A stretch of DNA of 64,000 nucleotides from an uncultured virus (IMG/VR IMGVR_UViG_3300009157_000020) (Duplodnaviria > Heunggongvirae > Uroviricota > Caudoviricetes), in IMG/VR virus record IMGVR_UViG_3300009157_000020; one strand, given 5' to 3'. A program made the position numbers and the translations under genes. Within the stretch, counting starts at the first letter, position 1; each line of letters begins with the position of its first letter. The notes beneath the pieces are model-generated. The model had not been told where the DNA came from. It saw nothing but the letters and a program-made list of their open reading frames with translations, and did no database searches. Positions 17,820 through 28,222 of the stretch are shown piece after piece.

Positions 17820-18428
17820 GTGCGCTCCGTCGTCATCCTGATCGCTCTCCCAGGCCTTCACGGCTGCTTCTCAGATCCCCCTGCCGAAAACCTGCCCGAC
17901 ACCACGGGCGAGCAAACGAGCACGGCGGATCTGTCTTCGTCCACGACGATGTTGTCCTCGTCGACGAGTTCTGACGACACGATGTCGTCGACATCATCGT
18001 CGACATCATCGTCGTCAGGCGTCGTCGACGAAAGCTCGACATCGACGGGAGAATCAGATAGCTCGTCGAGCGAAAGCTCTTCGAGTACCGGAGATCCCCA
18101 TGCTCACGATCACGACGGTGTCTACGAGTACTGCTTCCCCGGAAACGAAGCGCTCTGCAGCGGAGCGCTCGTCACCGAATGCGTGTGGAGCAACGGCGGC
18201 ATCTGGGGAACGGCTCGCGGCTTCTGTTCCGAGTCCTGCGACACCGCAGCAGACTGCCCCGAGGTAGAAGTTGGCGACGTTGCTTGCCTCGACTACTGCG
18301 GCTCACCGACGTGTGCAATCCACTGTGGTCCCGGCTACACGTGTCCAGAGGGGATGTTCTGCGCAACGCCGGTCGACCTCGACGCATGCGGCGGGTCGTG
18401 GGACTTCATCTGCCTGCCAGAGGACTAG
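17820..18428 (+). CDS. Ser/Thr-rich, Cys-rich putative lipoprotein
   Basis: Lipobox-like LHGC, poly-Ser linker, Cys-rich C-terminal domain. Confidence 0.75.
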   Translation: MRSVVILIALPGLHGCFSDPPAENLPDTTGEQTSTADLSSSTTMLSSSTSSDDTMSSTSSSTSSSSGVVDESSTSTGESDSSSSESSSSTGDPHAHDHDGVYEYCFPGNEALCSGALVTECVWSNGGIWGTARGFCSESCDTAADCPEVEVGDVACLDYCGSPTCAIHCGPGYTCPEGMFCATPVDLDACGGSWDFICLPED

Positions 18429-19114
18429 CGGCGACGGAGTGAATCATGATTACCAAGATGGATGAACGCGCCGGGAAACACCTGCGCAACAAGTCCGTCA
18501 ACGCGCCGTTGCGCATCGTCTTCGCCTTGAAGTGGCACGGAGAACGCAGCAGCAACCGAACCACGTTGCATCGCTGGATTGAAGGTCCAATGTGCTGCAG
18601 CGACGTCGAATCGCTCACGTCGTTGCCAACGGATGGGCTGTCCGCTGACCATGTGGCGTTGCATGACGCGCTCCTTGTAGTACCGCAGCCGAACCTGCAC
18701 GATGTCAGAATGGTATTCGAGGATGTTCGCGGCTTCGCGGAGACACGCGAGCGTCGTGTCGACTTGGAACGCTTGCCAATCATCCTCGATATGCAGCCAC
18801 CAACGTGCGTCAGAAGCTGCGTCAGCGAGAATCGAGTAGCCCACGCCGATCGGCGTCAGGTGTCCCGTCGAGCTCCGCAGCACTTGAGCATGTTCGGGCA
18901 GCATCGCTTCCGACGCGACGTCAGTCTGATTCAAGTAAGTCACCACGCATGCCCCTGGAAGTACTTCCAACACAGGGGTGAGCGAATGCATGGTCTCCTG
19001 CAACAACTTCGGGCGACCACCAGCCAAGATCGTCACCACCAGGCCGCTGCCGTCACCAAGAAGATCTCGACCGCCATAAGGCGGAACCGGACGATGCGTC
19101 GGCCTTCGCGACAC
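18425..19114 (-). CDS. glycosyltransferase, GT-A fold
   Basis: TILAGGRPKLL, WWLHIEDDW, WTFNP, FIHLG. Confidence 0.7.
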   Translation of the reverse strand: MSRRPTHRPVPPYGGRDLLGDGSGLVVTILAGGRPKLLQETMHSLTPVLEVLPGACVVTYLNQTDVASEAMLPEHAQVLRSSTGHLTPIGVGYSILADAASDARWWLHIEDDWQAFQVDTTLACLREAANILEYHSDIVQVRLRYYKERVMQRHMVSGQPIRWQRRERFDVAAAHWTFNPAMQRGSVAAAFSVPLQGEDDAQRRVDGLVAQVFPGAFIHLGNHDSLRRR

Positions 19115-19128
19115 ACGAGGAGAGTACC

Positions 19129-19641
19129 ATGAAGAAGTTTTGGTGTTTGCTACTCACGGGATGCTTCACAGAACCCCCTACGGTCGGGAGCACGGAGAAC
19201 GAGGAAAGCTCCAGTTCTTCAAGTAACGAAATGGGGTCTTCGTCATCGAGTTCACCTGGCGGATCGTCAGCAGCTTCAGCCTCGTCCGCCAGCGGTGACG
19301 GTTCAGATGGATCGACCGGAACAACGGAAACGATTTCCGCAGAGAGCTCAACAGGAAGCTCGTCGGAAGAATCAACGAACGGAACTACAGAAACCGGTGA
19401 TACCACGGCAAGCACGACCACGCCGGCGACATCGACGACAGCACCGCCATGTGGAGAAGAAGGTGATGCTTGTGTCTTCAACGGTGAATGTTGCGGGGGC
19501 TACTGCTTCGACACGCCTGTAGGAGGCAACAAGTGCGGCTGCTCGAACACGGACTGCGGAGCGAGCCATCCACTCGGTCTTGGGTGCTGCGGAGGTAGCT
19601 GCGTCTACAATGCCGGTAGCGGCGATTGGTCCTGTGACTGA
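19129..19641 (+). CDS. Ser/Thr-rich, Cys-rich putative lipoprotein
   Basis: MKKFWCLLLTGC, S/T linker, CC-containing C-terminal domain. Confidence 0.75.
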   Translation: MKKFWCLLLTGCFTEPPTVGSTENEESSSSSSNEMGSSSSSSPGGSSAASASSASGDGSDGSTGTTETISAESSTGSSSEESTNGTTETGDTTASTTTPATSTTAPPCGEEGDACVFNGECCGGYCFDTPVGGNKCGCSNTDCGASHPLGLGCCGGSCVYNAGSGDWSCD

Positions 19642-19672
19642 CGACGTCGTTTGGTATTCTCGACCAGGCCAA

Positions 19673-20509
19673 ATGAAACACGTCGTTCGTCGACAAGTCG
19701 GAAGATCGAGTGTCGTCAAGCTTCCGACGAAGACTAGATCGAAACCGAAAGCAGCTCCACACGTCGACCGCTGGAACACGGAAGCCGCGCAACAGCAACG
19801 AGAGCAGCTCGAAGCTGCGGTGGCTGCAGAAGACCTGACAAAGCGTCCGCTGATCGCTGTCCTCGTACCCGTGCTGCGTCGACCACAGCGCGTACAGCCA
19901 CTTCTCGATTCGTTTCGCTCTGCAACGGACAGAAACGACGCCAAGATCTACTTCATCGCGCAGACATCTGACAGCGAAGAAGTCGCAGCGATCAGAGCCG
20001 TCGACATCGAACCGATCCTCGTCGCCGACGGTCACCGGTCTTGGGCAAAGAAAATCAACATCGGATACCGAAGCACGGACGAACCGTGGCTACTTCTCGC
20101 AGCCGACGATGTAGCGTTTCACTCTGGTTGGGTGGATGTCATCCGACCACTTCTGCTTTCACATCACGGAGTGCTCGGCAGCAACGACTTGGGCAACAAG
20201 GCAACGATCCACGGACTGCACTCGACACACCCACTAGTTCGCCGGGCCTACGCTGACCACTGCGGAACTGTCGATGAACGCGGAAAGGTCTTGCACGAAG
20301 GGTACGACCACAACTTCCCTGATACAGAGCTAGTCGCGACCGCCAAGAAGCGTGGGCTCTACCTTCACCGGCAAGACTTCATCATCGAGCACATGCATCC
20401 GGTTTGGGGCAAGGGTCAGACCGATCCGGTCTACAAGCTCGGAGCACAAAACTTCGCTCGCGATCAGGCGCTCTTCTTGAACCGCAGCAAGCGGTTCGGC
20501 TTCTCATGA
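19673..20509 (+). CDS. glycosyltransferase family 2
   Basis: IAVLVPVLRRP, AADDV, FPDTEL, IEHMHP. Confidence 0.85.
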   Translation: MKHVVRRQVGRSSVVKLPTKTRSKPKAAPHVDRWNTEAAQQQREQLEAAVAAEDLTKRPLIAVLVPVLRRPQRVQPLLDSFRSATDRNDAKIYFIAQTSDSEEVAAIRAVDIEPILVADGHRSWAKKINIGYRSTDEPWLLLAADDVAFHSGWVDVIRPLLLSHHGVLGSNDLGNKATIHGLHSTHPLVRRAYADHCGTVDERGKVLHEGYDHNFPDTELVATAKKRGLYLHRQDFIIEHMHPVWGKGQTDPVYKLGAQNFARDQALFLNRSKRFGFS

Positions 20510-21138
20510 AGTACTACGCCGAAGACCAGATCGATCGTGTCGTACGCGAAGCCTTCTTCGAGGACTGCTCCTACAAAGGCGTGATCGTAGAAGTCGGAGC
20601 CGCGTGTCCTGAGTACCTGTCCAACAGTCAGCACTTTCGAGAGAACGGGTGGCTGGTTCTGGCAATCGAACCGAACCCGACATTTTGTGACCTCCACAGA
20701 GAAGCTGGCTTCGAGATCTTGCAGTACGCCTGTGGAGACCACGACGAAGACGACGTGGACTTCGAACTGGTGTACCAGCAAGCGGAGTACAAAGGAGGAC
20801 ACGTGACCTACGAGTCCTTCTCGTCACTGAAGGTTGTCGACTCCTATCGCGCGCTCAAGCCAGACATCGACACTCGCACGATCAAAGTCAATCTTCGACG
20901 ACTCGACACGATCCTCGCGGAGCATGCTCCAACGGTAGAGAAGATCGACATACTCACGATCGACGTCGAAGGTTGGGAACTCAGCGTCATGACCGGTTTC
21001 TCGGTGCAGCGTTACAAGCCCAGCGTGATCGTCATGGAGAACCTCATGCAGGACAAGAAGTACGAGTCCTACATGCTCGAACATGGCTATCGGCTGTACT
21101 TGGAGATGCCTCCGAACGACATCTACGTCGTCAGCTAA
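20506..21138 (+). CDS. FkbM-family methyltransferase
   Basis: VEVGA, IEPNP, IDILTIDVEGWEL. Confidence 0.9.
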   Translation: MKYYAEDQIDRVVREAFFEDCSYKGVIVEVGAACPEYLSNSQHFRENGWLVLAIEPNPTFCDLHREAGFEILQYACGDHDEDDVDFELVYQQAEYKGGHVTYESFSSLKVVDSYRALKPDIDTRTIKVNLRRLDTILAEHAPTVEKIDILTIDVEGWELSVMTGFSVQRYKPSVIVMENLMQDKKYESYMLEHGYRLYLEMPPNDIYVVS

Positions 21139-21140
21139 CG

Positions 21141-22301
21141 TCAGATCGTGTGAATCTCAACGCCAGGGTATTTCGCAACGAGCTTGGCGCGATAGTTCCA
21201 AAACTGGTTTGACCATCCGCCATCGCCCCCACCTCCAACATGCCCAGCTTGGACGGCGGGGACGTAAGACTGCACATTCCTGGCGCGAGCTTGCAGACAC
21301 AGGTCTTCAACAACGCAGTGAAAATCGTTGAAGATCACGCCATCGAATCGCAACCCAAGCGTTCTACGGAAGAACACAGAACACGAGTCGAGTGTCGACA
21401 CAAACCCGCCGCCTTCGATGCACCACACGTAGCCATGGTGAGCAGGAGAAGGAGCTCGACGACCTACGATGCCAGTCAAGCAGTTCTGATCCACCGCTGT
21501 TCTTGCAAACACATCGAGCGCTCCGGGCGAAAACGATGTGTCAGCATGAACAACACCGACGACGTCTTCTGTGGCTTCTTCGAGAAACGGGTTTGCGATC
21601 GCAGCTGTTCCGCCAAACTTGCGTGCTGGGTTCGCAACGTAGACCATCCGTGCTTCGCTCTCGACATGCGGGCTCTTGGTTCTGAATTCCTGAATCTGCT
21701 CTTCGTTTTGTCCAATCACCAAAACGGCAATCGTGAGCGGCTTCCAGGAGCGCTGAGCAAGCATGCGACAAACGACCGGATCCACTGGACGCATCCAACT
21801 ATCCCGATTCGCAACGAAGTCCTCGAACGTCATCTCGTCCATGGATTTCGAGATCTGGATGGGCAGCGGGTTCACCACCTTTCGGATGAGTCCCACCCCG
21901 TAGTCGCAGGCAGCCACGACGACATCGAGATCAGCGCGCTCGCGGAACTTCGCCACGGCTCGCCAGACTGTCCCGCACAGAGAGATCGCTTCATAGGAAG
22001 CCTCGGGAGGAAGACAGTCGTGCAGGAAGACCACACCATCTTCACTGAGAACGTTGAGGCTGTTCTCGATCTCCCGAAACACTTGATCGTGATGGTGGAC
22101 ACCGTCAATCAAGACGGCGTCGAAAGTTTCCCCGTTCTTCGCGAAGAACTCGTCACTCGAAAGACCCGAACTTGGATCGACGACTACTTTGATCTCGACA
22201 GCGATTTTCTCGAAGGTGTGGTCGCCTTGGCAGCTGATCTCCAAGTACCTCTTGTACCCTCGCTCAGCGATGAACATGTTGATGATGCTGATGCGGTCCA
22301 T
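21141..22301 (-). CDS. class I SAM methyltransferase fused to a GT-A-like domain
   Basis: YLEI, FDAVLIDGVH, FLHDCLP; second half VHAD, VSTLD, FHCVVEDLCL. Confidence 0.8.
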   Translation of the reverse strand: MDRISIINMFIAERGYKRYLEISCQGDHTFEKIAVEIKVVVDPSSGLSSDEFFAKNGETFDAVLIDGVHHHDQVFREIENSLNVLSEDGVVFLHDCLPPEASYEAISLCGTVWRAVAKFRERADLDVVVAACDYGVGLIRKVVNPLPIQISKSMDEMTFEDFVANRDSWMRPVDPVVCRMLAQRSWKPLTIAVLVIGQNEEQIQEFRTKSPHVESEARMVYVANPARKFGGTAAIANPFLEEATEDVVGVVHADTSFSPGALDVFARTAVDQNCLTGIVGRRAPSPAHHGYVWCIEGGGFVSTLDSCSVFFRRTLGLRFDGVIFNDFHCVVEDLCLQARARNVQSYVPAVQAGHVGGGGDGGWSNQFWNYRAKLVAKYPGVEIHTI

Positions 22302-22304
22302 GAC

Positions 22305-23237
22305 CTACGAGACCCCTAGCTGTTGGAACATGTGCCTGTAATCCTGCACGAGCCGATCAAGGCTCCACGAGGTGTACAAGTCGTTGACGACTTCTCCAGA
22401 CGTCTCCAACGACTCTCGTAGGCTCTTCTTCGGGTAGACGTCGAAGCGCTCACGAACATGTCGGAACATCTGACTTTCGTTGATCGCGATGGGCCGCTGT
22501 GCAGCAATCGCATAATCCAACGCGCTCGCAACACCACGACCAGGGTTGTACCCGTAGAAAAACACGTTGAGGTCATTCCCAGCGAGCCACTCGATCAGCT
22601 GCAGCTCTTCGAAAAACCCGTGGTGGATCTCAGTACGAACCTGGACTTCTCCTGCCATTTGCACAGCACGACTGCCGTGGGCCATCTGCCGCGCGAGATC
22701 ACCTCGATCGTCGCCGTAGTGTGCAGCGGGAAGATGCAAGCGAACAAGCACGTTCGGGAACTCCATCCCGGAAGCATGAACGATTGTCGGAAACATCTTG
22801 CCGCCGACCGCAAACCCAAAGGACCCGATGGTCAACGGTTGGCCTTCGCGACTGCCGGGGTTGAACCGAGGAACGTGTCGAACGCTCTTGAAGATTGTTT
22901 TGTCATCCACGACGAAGCTCGGATCGCACACCATCCGATACGGAAAACTGTCCGAGTTTGCCCAAGGGTTCTCGGGGGAGATCTCGTGCATGAGGGCAAT
23001 GTGCTTGACCGCCGGAAGACGTCGAACAAGTTCTGGGGCCCAAGGTATCGTCGACGGATGCCAGTTGTAGATGATCGCTGACGGCTTGGTGGCGTTCACC
23101 GTCGCGGTAGCGTTCGCGATGTTGGTCTCTTCGACATAGTGAACAACGCCTGCATCGCGCAGCGTGTGACCGATTCTCCGTCCCATCTGGTAGACGCCGC
23201 AGCGTTGTTGTTGATGATTGAAGAATACGACGGTCAT
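22305..23237 (-). CDS. GT-B-fold glycosyltransferase-like protein
   Basis: [34 protein letters not shown]. Confidence 0.7.
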   Translation of the reverse strand: MTVVFFNHQQQRCGVYQMGRRIGHTLRDAGVVHYVEETNIANATATVNATKPSAIIYNWHPSTIPWAPELVRRLPAVKHIALMHEISPENPWANSDSFPYRMVCDPSFVVDDKTIFKSVRHVPRFNPGSREGQPLTIGSFGFAVGGKMFPTIVHASGMEFPNVLVRLHLPAAHYGDDRGDLARQMAHGSRAVQMAGEVQVRTEIHHGFFEELQLIEWLAGNDLNVFFYGYNPGRGVASALDYAIAAQRPIAINESQMFRHVRERFDVYPKKSLRESLETSGEVVNDLYTSWSLDRLVQDYRHMFQQLGVS

Positions 23238-24211
23238 TTTTCAGCAGCCTCTTTCTTCGCAAGTTCGAGGTCCGATTCGACCATCATCTGCACGAGTCCT
23301 TCGAACGTCACCGACGGTGCCCAACCTAAAACCCTCCGAGCTTTCGACGCGTCTCCGACGAGCAAGTCGACCTCGGTGGGACGCAGCATCGTCTCGTCGT
23401 AGTCGACGTACTGCTGCCAGTCGAGGTCGAGGGTCTCGAACGTTTTCTCGACGAACTCGCGAACGCTGTGGGTCTCGCCAGTTGCGAGCACGTAGTCGTC
23501 TGGAGCGTCGGCTTGCAGCATCCGCCACATGCCCTCGACGTAGTCGCCCGCGAACCCCCAGTCGCGCTTCGCTTCGAGGTTGCCGAGTCGCAGTCGCTGG
23601 ACACTCCCCACCTTGATCCGCGTCGCAGCGCGAGTGATCTTACGTGTGACGAAGTCCTCACCGCGACGAGGACCCTCGTGATTGAACAAGATCCCGTTGA
23701 CGGCGAAGGTCCCGTACGCCTCGCGGCAGTTGCGAACCGCGTGATAGGCATGCACCTTCGCCACAGCGTACGGACTGCGCGGGTAGAACGGCGTGCTCTC
23801 GGTCTGCGGAGTTTCCATCACCTTGCCGAACATCTCGCTTGTTGCAGCTTGGTAAAACCGCGTGTCCGGCGACGTGGTGCGGATGATCTCCAGCAGTCGT
23901 GTGGGACCAAGCGCCGTCACGTCGTGGGTGTAGTCGGCCATATCGAAGCTCATGAGCACCTGGCTCATCGAGCCGAGGTTGTAGAGCTCATGCGGCCTGG
24001 ACTCGCGGATCGCTCGTGCCAACGACAGCGGATCGGACAGATCTCCATAGACAAGGTTGAGCTGGGACAGCATGTGATCGATTCGCTGCGTGTTCGTCGT
24101 CGACGCACGCCGGACGAGACCCCAGACGTCGTAGTCCTTCGAGAGCAACAGCTCAGCGAGGTACGAGCCGTCTTGTCCCGTAACTCCGGTGATGAGAGCT
24201 CGCTTGGTCAT
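23234..24211 (-). CDS. gmd: GDP-mannose 4,6-dehydratase
   Basis: [43 protein letters not shown]. Confidence 0.97.
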   Translation of the reverse strand: MTKRALITGVTGQDGSYLAELLLSKDYDVWGLVRRASTTNTQRIDHMLSQLNLVYGDLSDPLSLARAIRESRPHELYNLGSMSQVLMSFDMADYTHDVTALGPTRLLEIIRTTSPDTRFYQAATSEMFGKVMETPQTESTPFYPRSPYAVAKVHAYHAVRNCREAYGTFAVNGILFNHEGPRRGEDFVTRKITRAATRIKVGSVQRLRLGNLEAKRDWGFAGDYVEGMWRMLQADAPDDYVLATGETHSVREFVEKTFETLDLDWQQYVDYDETMLRPTEVDLLVGDASKARRVLGWAPSVTFEGLVQMMVESDLELAKKEAAEK

Positions 24212-24867
24212 GCGCTGCGCCTCGCGATCATGGACGCAAACGTGTAGCTGTAGACGTGAGCTCCGTGGTCCGCGTAGTCGAACGGTCCAAGTGGTTCCAA
24301 TCCTGGAACTGACTCGAAAAGCGCCTGAATACGATCCTCGTTGTACGTGCGAAGGTGATCGCCGCTCTTCTGAGCACCGTCGGGCCAGAAGTCCACCGTC
24401 AACGCGACGACACCTCCAACACGCACGTGACGAGCGAGCTTGGAGAAGAACGCGAAGTCGTCGCCAACGTGTTCGAGCACCGAGATCGAGACGACGGCAT
24501 CGAAGTCTTCACGTCCGCCGTAGTGCATGAAGTCAGCGCGTTCGTAGGTGATGGGACGCCCGATCTTCTTGGACTGCTGCGCAACCCAGCCTTCGTACCC
24601 TTCTGGATCTACCTGTGTGACCTGCATGCCGACGTCGGGCCACGCGGCAGCAGGAGCGAAGCACGATCCGCCCCCGCCGACATCGAGCAGCGTTTTGCAA
24701 CCGTGCTCACGCAGGGCATGAAGCACGATACCGTACTCCCATGCGCGGTGCGGATGCTCAGCGCGGCCACCAAAAGTACCAACGATGGCCTTGATGTTCT
24801 GCGCGTGCTTGGTCTCGTGGATCTTCCCGTAATCGGCGGGATCCAGTGTCTTGCAGTAGCTCGTCAT
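24208..24867 (-). CDS. class I SAM-dependent methyltransferase
   Basis: [27 protein letters not shown]. Confidence 0.85.
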   Translation of the reverse strand: MTSYCKTLDPADYGKIHETKHAQNIKAIVGTFGGRAEHPHRAWEYGIVLHALREHGCKTLLDVGGGGSCFAPAAAWPDVGMQVTQVDPEGYEGWVAQQSKKIGRPITYERADFMHYGGREDFDAVVSISVLEHVGDDFAFFSKLARHVRVGGVVALTVDFWPDGAQKSGDHLRTYNEDRIQALFESVPGLEPLGPFDYADHGAHVYSYTFASMIARRSA

Positions 24868-25832
24868 CGCAGCCCCAATCGTTCGAGGATCTTGTCGACG
24901 GTGATGTCGGCCAGGTAGTGGTTGTGCGGGCCGTGCACGACGTGATGCGTGTCGCCGGGAACGACCTTCGGAATCGGAAAGCCGTTCGCCAACACGAGCA
25001 TGGAGGAGTGGAAGCCGACGAAGCCTTTCGAAGCCTCCAACCACGGTAGTACTTCGAGCATGCCGAGGTCGGTTTTGTCGATCACTTTCGGAGATCCGGT
25101 CCCTTCTCCGTGACTGCCAATTTCGACGACCTGCAATGGACAACGCTCGGCAAGCTCTGTGAACAGCGGTCGATATTCCAGAAGACCGCGAGGAGCCGTC
25201 ACGATGTACGGCTCCTTCAAATCTGGTCGAGGCAGATTGTGCTCGTACTGGATCGGCAGACCAGCTGGCAGCTGAGCGAGCGCTGCGATGAAATCAGGTA
25301 GAGCACGATCGGGTGCATACGGAAAACCCATCTGGTAGACAGCGTCGTACCGATCGGGCACGGGCATTTGCCAAGGTCGTCCTCCACAAGCGAAGTCGTA
25401 CAACACGTAGTCCGCTGGGATGATGAAGTTTCGGATGCAGCTCTGAGCTTCGAACAGTCTACGCAGCGGTTCGCAGTACGAGCTCGTGTAAAAGTCGGCT
25501 TGGATCTCGTAACGACGACAGAGCTCTCGAATCGAAGGAAGCGCATACAGTGCGTCACCCATCTTGCCTGGATGCGTACACGCAAGGCTCGAAACCCGAG
25601 CTGTACCGATCGGACGCAAGGTGATCGTCGGCAAGTCTTGACTCCTTGCGATGACCACCGGGTCGTTCGACCGTTTACGCCGGGTCTTCTCTTGCTTCGG
25701 AGGTGTCGAGTCGACGCGAACCTTCGAACGTGGATGCAGCAACGGGATGGTCGGTCGAACTTTGCTCTTCTCGATCTTTGGCGGATCGTTAGACCGCTTG
25801 CGCTTCTCCTTGATGTAGCGTTTCTCAACCAT
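24864..25832 (-). CDS. GT9 (heptosyltransferase)-like glycosyltransferase with basic N-terminal extension
   Basis: HPGKMGDALYALP and FVGFHSSMLVLA. Confidence 0.7.
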   Translation of the reverse strand: MVEKRYIKEKRKRSNDPPKIEKSKVRPTIPLLHPRSKVRVDSTPPKQEKTRRKRSNDPVVIARSQDLPTITLRPIGTARVSSLACTHPGKMGDALYALPSIRELCRRYEIQADFYTSSYCEPLRRLFEAQSCIRNFIIPADYVLYDFACGGRPWQMPVPDRYDAVYQMGFPYAPDRALPDFIAALAQLPAGLPIQYEHNLPRPDLKEPYIVTAPRGLLEYRPLFTELAERCPLQVVEIGSHGEGTGSPKVIDKTDLGMLEVLPWLEASKGFVGFHSSMLVLANGFPIPKVVPGDTHHVVHGPHNHYLADITVDKILERLGLR

Positions 25833-26196
25833 ACGTCTTCGTCGTGATGGAGATCTCGGCTTCGCCAAGAAGTCGATCGATCTCACGGATGAACTTGGTC
25901 CGCAGTGCGTTCGTGCGCTGAGCGTGACGACCAGCGGATGCCACAACAACATCGCGTTGCTCGTGCATGACGACCTCCTGTGCTTGCCAAGCTGCAAGCG
26001 ACGAGACCGCAAGGTCATGGACGGCCGCCGCCACGTCGGTTCCGAGACGTTCTGCCAGCGCTTCACGCAGCAGCTCATACCTGCGCTCGTACTCGTCTGC
26101 CGTGAGCCCTTGACTACCAGCGTAAGCCGTCTTGAACGCGTTGGTCACGAGCTCGTCGACGAGCTGACCAGTGCTTTTCTCAGAGATGCGTCGCAT
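25825..26196 (-). CDS. hypothetical helical protein of the glycosylation cluster
   Basis: GQLVDEL...N..R...IREID; overlaps both neighbours. Confidence 0.65.
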   Translation of the reverse strand: MRRISEKSTGQLVDELVTNAFKTAYAGSQGLTADEYERRYELLREALAERLGTDVAAAVHDLAVSSLAAWQAQEVVMHEQRDVVVASAGRHAQRTNALRTKFIREIDRLLGEAEISITTKTYG

Positions 26197-27424
26197 GGAA
26201 CCGGTGAACCTGAGGAACCGGCAACGGTGTGAGAAGCACACCGCCGCTGACCATGTAGTCGGCAAACTTGTGTCGGAAGAAATCGATGAAGTGCCAGGGC
26301 AACACGAGGTAGTAGTCCGGCTTCTTCGAGATCGACTCTTCTTGGCTGACGATCGTGATGCCGCTTCCGGCGGTGCGCAAGCCGAACTTGGACTCGTTGA
26401 CCTCTGCTGCGAAATCGATCTCATTGTTCGTGAGGCCGAAGTACTGCAACAACGTATTTCCCTTGGTCGAAGCACCGAGCACGTGAAACCGCTTGCCGTT
26501 GAGCTTCTCAGTGCGGATGAACTGCGACACGCGGTCCTTCACGAACTCGACATTCGTTCGAAAGCGTTCGAGCCCTCCATGTTCCAAGTACACTGTCTCA
26601 TCGAGGAGTGCACTCTTCACACTCTTCTGGACGTCTCGCACGCCTTGAAATCCCACGTACGCCCGCAGGCTCCCGCCGTTGACGTCGTTGAACTCCACGT
26701 CGAAGACTTCGAGTCCGTACTGTTCGACGAGGTTCTTGAAGACGTAGAGCGAGTAGTAGCAGAGGTGTTCGTGGCAGATGTTGTCGAACGCGTTCGCTTT
26801 CAACATGCGCACGAGATCTGTCATCTGCATCACCCACACTCCGTCTTGGTCGAGCACGTCCCTGATGCGCTCCAAGAACTGTCGTGGGTCATCGAGATCG
26901 TAGAACATCGCGATGCTCGTGATGACCTTCGCTCGCGGCAGCAGCACCGCACTTGTCTCGAAAAAGTCGTTGACGTAGAGGTCGCAGGCCAAGCGTGCTT
27001 GAGCAGCCAGGTTCTCTGCCGGATCGAAGCCGATTTTGTTGATCTGCGTCTTCGCGCTGTACAACGTCAACAACGTCCCGTCGTTCGTGCCGATGTCGAT
27101 CACGGTATCGCCAGGTTTGAGCTCGACGCGTGCCTCAACGCTCTCGACGACGTTGCGCAAGGAAGCCACCATCGATGGGTTGATCCCCGACAAGTACCAG
27201 AAGTGTCGGTAGAGCTTGTCGCGATCGACGGTGTGCTTGAGTTGAACGAGTTGACAACTGAAATTCTCACAAGCAACGAGCTCCAGCGGAACTAGAACAT
27301 CCTCGACATGTTCCTGAACGAAATCGCTGAGCGCGAAGTTTCCAAGATTGAGAACGGAACGAAGCGGCGATCCGCACACTCGACAAATCTCTCTAACGAT
27401 CGCAACTTGGGCTGTCTCGGTCAT
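26180..27424 (-). CDS. NDP-hexose C-methyltransferase-like protein
   Basis: N-terminal CRVC...C..C zinc site, IDIGTNDG, HEHLCYY, GASTKGNTLL, VLPWHF. Confidence 0.9.
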   Translation of the reverse strand: MTETAQVAIVREICRVCGSPLRSVLNLGNFALSDFVQEHVEDVLVPLELVACENFSCQLVQLKHTVDRDKLYRHFWYLSGINPSMVASLRNVVESVEARVELKPGDTVIDIGTNDGTLLTLYSAKTQINKIGFDPAENLAAQARLACDLYVNDFFETSAVLLPRAKVITSIAMFYDLDDPRQFLERIRDVLDQDGVWVMQMTDLVRMLKANAFDNICHEHLCYYSLYVFKNLVEQYGLEVFDVEFNDVNGGSLRAYVGFQGVRDVQKSVKSALLDETVYLEHGGLERFRTNVEFVKDRVSQFIRTEKLNGKRFHVLGASTKGNTLLQYFGLTNNEIDFAAEVNESKFGLRTAGSGITIVSQEESISKKPDYYLVLPWHFIDFFRHKFADYMVSGGVLLTPLPVPQVHRFHATHL

Positions 27425-27427
27425 CCT

Positions 27428-28216
27428 CTATTCCTTCATGTTGAGCGTCGAGTTGTCGTTGGAATCGAACTGGTAGACGTACAGAGCTCTCGAAATGACA
27501 GACACGTGGACTGCTTTCGCCGCCATCTTCGAAGCCCATTCTGTGTCTTCGCCATGGTTGATGGTCGGGAACGGCACACTGACGGCGTGCTGCTTCTTCC
27601 AGACCATCAGGTGATTCGGCTTGCGCTGGTATTCGTTGCGTAGCGTGACGTGCTCGAAGCTCGGATGATATCGACAGGGCTTGTCGTGTGTGCCGTAGCC
27701 TCGCACGGTGACGACGAAGCACAGGACATCAGGCTCATTCTGCGTGAGCTCGCTGCAGATCACCTCGACATAGTCTGACTTGACCATGTCGTCATCATCG
27801 ACGAAGGCGACGTACTCACCTTGAGCCAGCTGTACGAGCTTGTTTCTCTTCTCGCCGATCGTCATGCGTCGGTTGTCTCGAAACACGAGAAGCTCGACAT
27901 CATCGCGTGCAGCGACCTGCGGATCGAGACAACTCAACAAGGCGGCCAACTTGCTGGAACGCCCCGGAATCGTGGGGATCAGGATCGATAGCAACGTCGC
28001 AGCTTGCGGGGGTGCAGATCGTCGTCGAGTTGGTGTTACTGTACCAGTTCGCGTAGGTCGAGTTCTCGTCCGTGTCACCATCGACGGTCGAACTTTGACG
28101 GGTGATGTGGCTTCTGGCTGCGGCTGCTGAGCAGGCAGCGGCTGCAACCCCGACAAACGCCGACGGTACTGTTCACGTGCTAGTTGTTCAGCACTCGGTC
28201 GACGAGAGCGCTTCAT
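27428..28216 (-). CDS. glycosyltransferase family 2
   Basis: LSILIPT, IGEKRN, YVAFVDDDD, GEDTEW. Confidence 0.88.
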   Translation of the reverse strand: MKRSRRPSAEQLAREQYRRRLSGLQPLPAQQPQPEATSPVKVRPSMVTRTRTRPTRTGTVTPTRRRSAPPQAATLLSILIPTIPGRSSKLAALLSCLDPQVAARDDVELLVFRDNRRMTIGEKRNKLVQLAQGEYVAFVDDDDMVKSDYVEVICSELTQNEPDVLCFVVTVRGYGTHDKPCRYHPSFEHVTLRNEYQRKPNHLMVWKKQHAVSVPFPTINHGEDTEWASKMAAKAVHVSVISRALYVYQFDSNDNSTLNMKE

Positions 28217-28222
28217 CGTCGA

